Assembly (NCBI GenBank): GCA_034111105.1
Contig: JAWUXY010000119.1
Span: 1-32,000 of the forward strand
Origin: Bermanella sp.
GTDB lineage: Bacteria; Pseudomonadota; Gammaproteobacteria; Pseudomonadales; Oceanobacteraceae
DNA length: 32,000 nt
Direction of reading: 5' to 3'
Shown: in pieces, positions 25,535 to 32,000 of the stretch
Position numbering within the stretch: position 1 is the stretch's first letter
How the letters are laid out: the number at the start of each line of letters is the position of its first letter
The notes under the pieces: model-generated
Told to the model about the DNA's origin: nothing
The model's database searches: none
What the model saw: the letters and a program-made list of their open reading frames with translations, nothing else
Program-made: the position numbers and the translations under genes

Positions 25535-26776
25535 CTAGTGGCTTTTAGACAAGGCCATAATATCTTTACTGATACTATTCTGTGCCTCTAGCAATGCCGC
25601 CTTAGGAGACGCTGTACCTTTAACTATTTTATTCATTGCCGTCGTAGCTGGTGACCACATCAAGGTCATTTGGGCATAATTAGGCATGGGCACAGCTGTT
25701 TTCATTTGTTCTTTAAAGGCCATTGCAACTGTATTTTTTTGCATTACTTCATGTTCCCACACCTTAATATTAGAAGGTAGCTGCTGACCTTTCTCGCCCA
25801 TAACCAGTGCGGTTTCATACGATGTTAAGTATTTAATAAAATCATAGGACTGCTCTTTGTCTTTTGAGCTTTTAGAAATGTATAGACCTTCAACAGACAT
25901 CCAAGGTGCCATGGCTTTGCCCAATTGATTGATGATCGGCATGGGCGCAATGGCATAATCAATATCAGGTGAAATCTCACCCAACATCCATGGGCCTGAA
26001 AATACGATGGCGGCTTTACCATCATTAAACAACGATGTAATTAAAGACGATGATGGCTCAGCTGGTAAGATTTCATGCTGCTCAAACCACTTAAGCATAA
26101 ACTCAACCGATGCAATGTTTTCTTTGGAAACCATCGTAGAAACAAGGCCACCTTCTTGAAACACCTTGCCGCCAAATGCATTCAATATGGCCGAATGAAA
26201 AAAGAAATTTGAATACTCATAAGCCAAACCAAATCGGCCTATTTTTTTATCTGTAATTTTTTCCGCAAGCGCCGTTAATTCATCTGTTGTTTTAGGGGCA
26301 TTCTTAACTAATTTTTTATTGTAGATCATAGCTGGCATTTTAAAATTAAACGGTAACCCATAAAGCGTATCGTTATACGTCATGGTACTGATCAATGAAT
26401 CAGGGAAGCGTTCAAGTTCTTCATCTTCCGCATAAAAATCTATCGATTCTAGTGTATTGCCAGCTTCAATCCATCCCCCTAAACGATCTTGGGCAAAAAT
26501 AAAGACATCCGGCCCTTTCCCACGAGGAATGGCTGCGCTGATTTTATCTGCATATGCATCATAAGGAACGGCTAGAGGCTTAAAGTATATTTTTTTATCT
26601 TCGATTTTTTTATTGTAACGCTTCACCACATTTTCAAACGCACTTTTTTCTTCACCACGATACGCGTGCCATACCAGCATACGCTTCATTTCTGACTGAG
26701 CGTGCACAAGGTTTATTGGCAATAAGCTAACCAACGTTAATAAGCCTGTTACGAGAATTCCAAACTGTTTTTTCAT
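25535..26776 (-). CDS. malE: Periplasmic maltose/maltodextrin-binding protein
   Basis: It has a signal peptide (MKKQFGILVTGLLTLVSLLPINLVHA). MalE-like blocks are GPDVFIFAQDRLGGW, YGLPFNFKMPAMIYNKKL, FSGPWM and MPNYAQMTLMW. Confidence 0.8.
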   Translation of the reverse strand: MKKQFGILVTGLLTLVSLLPINLVHAQSEMKRMLVWHAYRGEEKSAFENVVKRYNKKIEDKKIYFKPLAVPYDAYADKISAAIPRGKGPDVFIFAQDRLGGWIEAGNTLESIDFYAEDEELERFPDSLISTMTYNDTLYGLPFNFKMPAMIYNKKLVKNAPKTTDELTALAEKITDKKIGRFGLAYEYSNFFFHSAILNAFGGKVFQEGGLVSTMVSKENIASVEFMLKWFEQHEILPAEPSSSLITSLFNDGKAAIVFSGPWMLGEISPDIDYAIAPMPIINQLGKAMAPWMSVEGLYISKSSKDKEQSYDFIKYLTSYETALVMGEKGQQLPSNIKVWEHEVMQKNTVAMAFKEQMKTAVPMPNYAQMTLMWSPATTAMNKIVKGTASPKAALLEAQNSISKDIMALSKSH

Positions 26777-26792
26777 TTTAATAATCGCCTCT

Positions 26793-26807
26793 ATTATTTT
26801 TATTTTT
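26793..26807 (-). promoter_or_regulatory. A/T-rich 15-mer copy (AAAAATAAAAATAAT, 14/15), 16 nt upstream of the malE ATG
   Basis: It lies in the 54-nt malK-malE gap and shares its core with the motif at 4281-4295 and 29541-29555. Confidence 0.35.
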
Positions 26808-26830
26808 TGTCAATGACCAATTATGTATTG

Positions 26831-27922
26831 TTAGTTAATGATGCGCTCTTCAGTCTGCGCATCAAAAAGATGAATGGCGTTTATATCTAGTTCTAATTTA
26901 ATGTTATCGCCCATTTTTGGAATATCATGGGCAGGAAGTTTGGCAACAAGTTTTTCTTTCCCCTCATTCATTAAGACATGAATCAATACTTCATGACCCA
27001 GTGTCTCTACGATTTCTATGACACCTTTGCAGTAAATACCACTACTATCACCATGATTTGCACCCGTAATATGCTCAGGTCGGATACCCAGTATTAATTT
27101 CTTGTCTTCAAAACCTCGTAAAGAATCCTGCCAAACAGCCGGAATATCCATTGAGAAAACACCATTTTTAATCTGATTGCCTTCCACCCTAACATTTAAT
27201 AAATTCATAGGCGGTGTGCCTAAAAAACCAGCAACAAAGACATTTTTTGGTTTTTCATACAGGTCTAATGGCGCTCCTACCTGCATAATTTCACCTTTAT
27301 TCATCACTGCGATTCGATCACCCAAGGTCATTGCTTCTACTTGGTCATGGGTAACGTATACCGCGGTGGTATTTAAGCGCTTTTGTAAATGAGCAATCTC
27401 TGCTCTCATTTGCACACGTAGCTCAGCATCTAAATTTGATAGTGGTTCATCAAATAAAAACACCGATGGTTTTCTAACCAATGCTCGACCTAATGCCACT
27501 CGTTGGCGCTGGCCACCTGACAACGCTTTGGGTTTGCGATCTAAGAGATCGGTTAAACCTAGCACCTCTGCCGCTTCACTCACTAATTCATCAATTTTGG
27601 CGGCGTCTAATTTTCGGATTCTCAAACCAAATGAAATGTTTTCACGTACGGTCATATGTGGATATAACGCATAGCTTTGGAACACCATAGCCACATCACG
27701 ATCTTTAGGTTCGACCTTATTAACCACCTTATCTTTAATTCGAAGCTCGCCATGGGTTATTTCTTCTAGACCTGCAATCATGCGTAGCGTTGTTGATTTT
27801 CCGCAGCCAGAAGGCCCCACGAGAACCATTAACTCATGCGCTTTGATCTCGAAGTTTAGTTCTTTTATAATCGATGTATCGCCATACTTCTTTGCTATAT
27901 TTTCAAAAATAATATTGGCCAT
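26831..27922 (-). CDS. malK: Maltodextrin ABC transporter ATP-binding protein (MalK/MsmK type)
   Basis: It has Walker A (GPSGCGKST), the ABC signature (LSGGQRQR), Walker B (VFLFDEPLS) and a MalK-type C-terminal regulatory domain. The ORF-track start at 27952 is TTG, so I use ATG 27922 (MANIIFENI...). Confidence 0.9.
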   Translation of the reverse strand: MANIIFENIAKKYGDTSIIKELNFEIKAHELMVLVGPSGCGKSTTLRMIAGLEEITHGELRIKDKVVNKVEPKDRDVAMVFQSYALYPHMTVRENISFGLRIRKLDAAKIDELVSEAAEVLGLTDLLDRKPKALSGGQRQRVALGRALVRKPSVFLFDEPLSNLDAELRVQMRAEIAHLQKRLNTTAVYVTHDQVEAMTLGDRIAVMNKGEIMQVGAPLDLYEKPKNVFVAGFLGTPPMNLLNVRVEGNQIKNGVFSMDIPAVWQDSLRGFEDKKLILGIRPEHITGANHGDSSGIYCKGVIEIVETLGHEVLIHVLMNEGKEKLVAKLPAHDIPKMGDNIKLELDINAIHLFDAQTEERIIN

Positions 27923-27929
27923 TGGGTTC

Positions 27930-29525
27930 TCAACTATTTTTAGGCTTTGCAATATAAAATTGCACAGACATATTTTTTATTTTTAGATCAGATTCAAAAT
28001 CAGCGTTTTGACCTGCGTTAAGTGTGTCTAGATTAAACTTATACCATGATTTATTTTTCACAGAATCTGGAAGATCAAGCGACAATACGGCCTCTTTTTC
28101 GCTTCGATTAACAACCACAATAATGTGATCATCTTTTTCTTTATGATTACGCATGAATGCCATCTGATCACCTTTGGCGTACAGTAGCGTATACGTACCT
28201 TCGTGCATCGCAGGGTGCTGGCGTCTTAATTTTATAAGGGCTTGGTAATATGATCTAAGAGCTTCGTCACGGGTTATGCCAGAACCCGGCTTAACATCGT
28301 GCTCTCCCCAAGGCATATCCATTCGATTATGAGGCCATGCTTTGCCTTCACGCCCCACTTCTTCGCCATAATAAATCACGGGCATTCCTAAACTGCTCAT
28401 TTGCATGGCAACGCAAATTTTAAATTTATCTTTATCACTACCAAGATCTGCCAGAGCCATATTGACATCATGTGTCGATAAATAGTGAGCCATAAAATAA
28501 CCATCACGAACGTCATGACGATTCTGTAAATACTTAGAAAATGCAATCGCACGACCGCGGCCGTTAACAAAGGCTTGGCATGAACCTGTGAACGAAAAAT
28601 CAAACCCTGAGTCCGTTTCATCTTCTTTGAACCATTCATCCATTTGCGTGTGTGTTGCACCCCAAACTTCAGACAACAAGAAAAAATCATCACCCAACTC
28701 TTTACGAGTACGTGCACGATGTTCTTTCCAAAATGGGTGATCAATATGTTTAAACGTATCTAAGCGAAAACCATCTATGCCAGATCGTTTCGCCAGCGCG
28801 ATGGAATGTTCAATCAAATAGTCTTGTACAGGCGGAAGCTCGGTTTTCAGATCTGGCAGACCACCTACTTGACAGATGATGACATCAACGTCACATGACG
28901 TGTTTCGAGTGCGGAGCCATTTTTTGCGTTCACTGTCGCCATAGAAATGCTGCGCAGAATAACCAGCATGGTTATAGACCACATCTAATAGCACTTTCAT
29001 ATTACGTTGATGTGCGGCATTAACCAGTGCTTTTAAATCGGCCTCTGTACCAAATTGCGGTTCTATTTGATAGAAGTCGTCAATCCAATAGCCATGAAAA
29101 CCCCAGTGTTGAAAACCATCTTTGGTCTTACCACTTGGGTCAGCGGCATACAAACCAAAATCAATTTGTTTATTAATCGGTGTTAACCAAATGACATTAG
29201 CACCTAAGCTGGCAATCTCATCTATTTGTGCGGTGAGTCCTTTTAAATCACCGCCATGATAACCACCAGGATTTGAACGCTCTACCCTTGCATTATTAGT
29301 TGCATCACCATCAGCAAAGCGATCTAGCATCACAAAATAAATAATCGCATCATTCCAACTTTCCATTGGCTTAAGCACAATTGGGGAACTAACGTTTTCA
29401 GCTGGCTCAAAATTGACACAACCACTGACCAATGCAGTAATCACTATCGTTATTAATACCGAACAAATCATTGAATTCAGTTTAAAATTAAAATTCTGGC
29501 CAAGGTGTCCTTTACTTCTGCACAT
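27930..29525 (-). CDS. GH13 alpha-amylase-family lipoprotein (periplasmic or outer-membrane-anchored maltodextrin-degrading enzyme)
   Basis: The lipobox is ITALVSG-C with Val at +2. GH13 regions are LLDVVYNHAG, GIDGFRLDTFKHI, LLSEVWG and YLSTHDV. ATG 29525 is supported by the 15-mer sitting at the same 15-nt spacing as for the large amylase. Confidence 0.85.
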   Translation of the reverse strand: MCRSKGHLGQNFNFKLNSMICSVLITIVITALVSGCVNFEPAENVSSPIVLKPMESWNDAIIYFVMLDRFADGDATNNARVERSNPGGYHGGDLKGLTAQIDEIASLGANVIWLTPINKQIDFGLYAADPSGKTKDGFQHWGFHGYWIDDFYQIEPQFGTEADLKALVNAAHQRNMKVLLDVVYNHAGYSAQHFYGDSERKKWLRTRNTSCDVDVIICQVGGLPDLKTELPPVQDYLIEHSIALAKRSGIDGFRLDTFKHIDHPFWKEHRARTRKELGDDFFLLSEVWGATHTQMDEWFKEDETDSGFDFSFTGSCQAFVNGRGRAIAFSKYLQNRHDVRDGYFMAHYLSTHDVNMALADLGSDKDKFKICVAMQMSSLGMPVIYYGEEVGREGKAWPHNRMDMPWGEHDVKPGSGITRDEALRSYYQALIKLRRQHPAMHEGTYTLLYAKGDQMAFMRNHKEKDDHIIVVVNRSEKEAVLSLDLPDSVKNKSWYKFNLDTLNAGQNADFESDLKIKNMSVQFYIAKPKNS

Positions 29526-29540
29526 ATGATTGTGTCCATT

Positions 29541-29555
29541 ATTATTTTTATTTTA
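29541..29555 (-). promoter_or_regulatory. A/T-rich 15-mer TAAAATAAAAATAAT, exactly 15 nt upstream of the lipoprotein-amylase ATG
   Basis: It is identical in sequence and spacing to 4281-4295. Confidence 0.4.
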
Positions 29556-29609
29556 AAACGCTTGATGACTCACCATTCTTTTGATGGCTAGTTTACCTTA
29601 CTCAATAAA

Positions 29610-29623
29610 TGCAATCGATTACA
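29610..29623. promoter_or_regulatory. LacI/GalR-type operator TGCAATCGATTACA at the head of the amylase-malKEFG unit
   Basis: It matches all 10 fixed positions of TGnAAnCGnTTnCA. On the sense strand a weak sigma70-like TCGCAA-N17-TAATAT (29660-29632) ends 8 nt before it, which would put the site just downstream of a transcription start. Confidence 0.68.
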
Positions 29624-29683
29624 TAAAATAAATATTACGTGCTATGAATCAAAATTGCGAGTACTAAGTCTCTCTTTTTAATC

Positions 29684-29720
29684 AATTAAGGCATAAAAAG
29701 TTCTACTTTATGCCTTAATT
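29684..29720 (-). other. Perfect 14-bp stem-loop starting 4 nt after the GH15 stop; a possible terminator or RNA-stability element without a U-tract
   Basis: aattaaggcataaa (29684-29697) pairs with tttatgccttaatt (29707-29720) around a 9-nt loop. The minus-sense downstream sequence is GAUUAAAAAG, which is not U-rich. Confidence 0.4.
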
Positions 29721-29723
29721 GCT

Positions 29724-32000
29724 TTATACCGTCAGACTTAGGAATGCCTCTACAACCTTTTGCGCCACAATATGGGGCGGCGCCTGAAATATCGCTTTTT
29801 GTGCATCAATACTATGGCGATGATATACCGATGCATGAGCAGGATGCTCAACCAACCAATGACCTTTTACACAGTGGCTAAGCAGTACATCCACCACCAA
29901 ATAATCATCCACATTTATTTCTGGGTTTTGTTTGAAGTACGCCGCTAACGCCAGCAACGACTCAATGCACAAATGTCGATACTCAGGTATTTTAATTTCA
30001 CTAATTAAGCCATCAACATACAATTCAAAGGTTTTTTCGCCTGCGGTCATTTGCCCCATAACCCATTGCGAGTCAATACGATTACGACGCTCAAATTTAT
30101 CGCCAATCACGACCCCTTTACTGCGCTGTAATAAAATCCAAATATCTAAATAAAACGTCTCAGGCATGTGCGTTAATGTCCCTAACTGCTTACGCCAATG
30201 TTGCCAATTACTAAAACCTTGCGGCAAATTCGAGTCAATAAAATGAACCGTCTTTTCAGATGCCTCACCAATGAGATGAATACTCTCCACCTCAACAATA
30301 TGATGAACACTTTGGTCATAATTTTTTAGCATGTTTTTTAGTTTAGTAGCGATATCGCTGGGTGCCATATCACTCAATTCATCAAAGGCTAAGTCCTGTG
30401 TTTCATGCTGCTCATCACTCATCTCACTGGTGAGCATCAACAGTAAATCTGTGGTACGAAGCGCAGCAACATTTTTAAACAATAAGGGCTCGCTTCTAAT
30501 AATCGTAGCCAGATGGATTAAAATCTCCTGGATAAGCGATTTCTCTTTAGGGTCTTGACCACAACATGCTGCAATTTCGTGGTACAACGCATCGCTTTCC
30601 ATTGAGTCGGCAATGACTTTGTAGCCACTGTAACCACGTCCGAGCACTAAATGCTTTTGACGAGCCAGAATTTCACTGAGCGCACTGCTTAATTCTTGAT
30701 GATAAATATCAAGCAAGCCCGCGCACTGACGCACCAATGACCATAAGCGCAACTGGCAAGATTTTGCATACACTTCTTTTATTAAGTCTTTTAACGACAC
30801 ATCTTGATTATTGATCGTCATGACTTGTTGCGATGTGAACCGCCTTTCGAGCAATGACAACAATAATACTTGTTCATATAAATTTTCACTTTGCGATAAT
30901 TTCACCATCATCTGTGCTAATGAAACATCTTGTGACCATATTGTGAGCGCACTTACATCTATGCTTACTGTTTTTTCATGCTTGAAGGCTAATAAGCCAT
31001 TATCAAGAGCGTCATAACCAGGATGATATTGAATCAAATCAAATGGCTCTAAACCGTTTATGACTTCTGTATTTATTTTTGGTAACAACTCAACTAGATT
31101 ACCTAACCGAACATGCCCCTGTGATGTAGATAAATCCTTAAACAACGCCAATACATTTTCTTTAGTGTTGGCGCTAAGCATTGACTGATCCACATACATG
31201 GTCATTACAGGGTCTTTTTCACTTTGCCAATGGCGGCTTAAATAATTGGCCTCTGACAGAATGCGCTGTGCGAATAAATTATTATCCAGCGACATATAAA
31301 ACCGAGATTTTTGATATTGGAAATTAGGCAAGAATAAATATTTCTGATCATTAATTTCATACAGTCTTGAAGTTGCCATACTGCGGAGCACTCGCATTGG
31401 GCGACCTGTTAAACCTAAACGTTTATTACTGCCTAATCTTGAGTACACATTTAAAAGCTGCTCAGTCGCGCATAACGTTATATCGGTTAATTCGCTTTCA
31501 AGATTACTGGTAATGCCTTGCTTGTTTAGTATATTTTGCACCGAGGCATCACTGGCAATCAAGCAAATATGAACCGATCGAGCTTGCACTGAACGAGTTC
31601 GTTTTGATAAGTTTTGAGGATCTAATTGTTCAGGTGATATTAATTTTTCATGCAGTAAACGCGCCAAATAAAATAATGATTGCGCCCAGACAAGTGGTAA
31701 ATTGTTATTGGCTGTGCGTTTTTGGCTGTGCGGAGTTTGTTTTTCCGCCTCTACGTTTTCAAGTGGCACATAATACAGCTCTGGCAACAGCATTTGGCCG
31801 TTTTGCTCTACCGCTAGAGATTCTAACTTTTTATAGTACTCATCGGCTAAAATAAGGTTTTGGTTAAACAAACTGTTCAAATACAAATATGTGTAAAATA
31901 ATGGCCATTCCGACTCAATGTCTTTAAAGTTTTTAAGCTCATCATCTTTATAGTAAAAGCGAGAGTGATCTTCTAGTACAGATTGATGGCCATCTAACAG
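29724..32000 (-). CDS. GH15 glucoamylase-like / phosphorylase-kinase alpha-beta-like protein with a long C-terminal region (partial; the N-terminus is beyond the right edge)
   Basis: The ORF-track 'M' at 31886 is a TTG, and the frame stays open to base 32000 (...LLDGHQSVLEDHSRFYYKDDELKNFKDIESEWPLFYTYLYLNSLF...). GH15-type motifs are EWPLFY, LPELYYVP and PLVWAQSLFYLARLL. About 650 aa follow with no family I recognise. Confidence 0.68.
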   Translation of the reverse strand: MLDGHQSVLEDHSRFYYKDDELKNFKDIESEWPLFYTYLYLNSLFNQNLILADEYYKKLESLAVEQNGQMLLPELYYVPLENVEAEKQTPHSQKRTANNNLPLVWAQSLFYLARLLHEKLISPEQLDPQNLSKRTRSVQARSVHICLIASDASVQNILNKQGITSNLESELTDITLCATEQLLNVYSRLGSNKRLGLTGRPMRVLRSMATSRLYEINDQKYLFLPNFQYQKSRFYMSLDNNLFAQRILSEANYLSRHWQSEKDPVMTMYVDQSMLSANTKENVLALFKDLSTSQGHVRLGNLVELLPKINTEVINGLEPFDLIQYHPGYDALDNGLLAFKHEKTVSIDVSALTIWSQDVSLAQMMVKLSQSENLYEQVLLLSLLERRFTSQQVMTINNQDVSLKDLIKEVYAKSCQLRLWSLVRQCAGLLDIYHQELSSALSEILARQKHLVLGRGYSGYKVIADSMESDALYHEIAACCGQDPKEKSLIQEILIHLATIIRSEPLLFKNVAALRTTDLLLMLTSEMSDEQHETQDLAFDELSDMAPSDIATKLKNMLKNYDQSVHHIVEVESIHLIGEASEKTVHFIDSNLPQGFSNWQHWRKQLGTLTHMPETFYLDIWILLQRSKGVVIGDKFERRNRIDSQWVMGQMTAGEKTFELYVDGLISEIKIPEYRHLCIESLLALAAYFKQNPEINVDDYLVVDVLLSHCVKGHWLVEHPAHASVYHRHSIDAQKAIFQAPPHIVAQKVVEAFLSLTV

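Noticed and set aside
25529-25535. A GGGGATG (minus sense) resembling the first part of a MalT box upstream of malF
   Set aside because: It is a single partial half-match that coincides with the malF RBS. There are no repeated boxes and no malT in the window.
2507-28744. Short minus-strand out-of-frame ORFs nested in larger genes (2507-2728, 12719-12910, 17912-18097, 24344-24559, 25825-26025, 28397-28744)
   Set aside because: They sit in alternative frames of well-supported CDSs and carry no independent signals.
2329-31855. All plus-strand ORFs in the supplied track (e.g. 2329-2736, 3780-4124, 6469-6828, 11802-12137, 20099-20434, 22483-22809, 31604-31855)
   Set aside because: Each lies entirely antisense to a long minus-strand gene with strong family motifs. 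They have low-complexity or odd composition, no RBS and no recognisable domains. These are typical shadow ORFs.
5675-31886. ORF-track N-termini taken at face value (27952 TTG, 31886 TTG, 23591 GTG, 12187 GTG, 21755 ATG, 15659)
   Set aside because: Inspection of codons and RBSs favours downstream ATGs at 27922, 23585, 12184, 21674 and 15569. For the GH15 gene the frame is open to the window edge. I kept 5726 (GTG with GAGGAA) rather than the ATG at 5675.
1-32000. A search for CRISPR arrays, tRNA/rRNA genes, IS elements, integrases, prophage or toxin-antitoxin/defence-type genes
   Set aside because: I saw no direct-repeat arrays, no GC-rich cloverleaf candidates, no terminal inverted repeats flanking genes and no proteins with nuclease, ATPase or defence hallmarks. 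The locus looks like core or metabolic-accessory chromosome rather than a mobile or defence island.

Overview
This is an AT-rich chromosomal segment that looks like a marine gammaproteobacterium, possibly Alteromonadales-type; that placement is inferred only from the proteins encoded. Every convincing gene lies on the minus strand except a 34-codon 3' gene fragment at the left edge. The window is essentially one large starch/maltodextrin utilisation locus. In transcription order (high to low coordinates) it holds: a partial GH15 glucoamylase / phosphorylase-kinase-alpha/beta-like gene; a GH13 lipoprotein amylase; malK-malE-malF-malG; a small secreted protein; a large beta-barrel porin; a paralogous secreted protein with a SHOCT-like tail; malQ; a PhyH-type Fe/2OG dioxygenase overlapping a class-III aminotransferase; a GH13_4 amylosucrase-like enzyme; a MATE exporter; a 111-codon enolase remnant with an in-frame internal deletion; aceE-aceF with no pdhR or lpdA; an orphan secreted protein; and a 1211-aa secreted multi-CBM alpha-amylase. 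Four copies of a 14-bp LacI/GalR-type palindrome (TGyAATCGwTTwCA) sit at the heads of the apparent transcription units, but no regulator gene is in the window. A near-identical A/T-rich 15-mer lies 15-16 nt upstream of four start codons. I saw no rRNA, tRNA, CRISPR, transposase/integrase or recognisable phage-defence genes. The most unusual content is the dioxygenase-aminotransferase-amylosucrase-MATE block inside a glucan operon, the porin flanked by two paralogous secreted proteins, and the enolase remnant. All product calls come from motif recognition by eye and none was verified by search.
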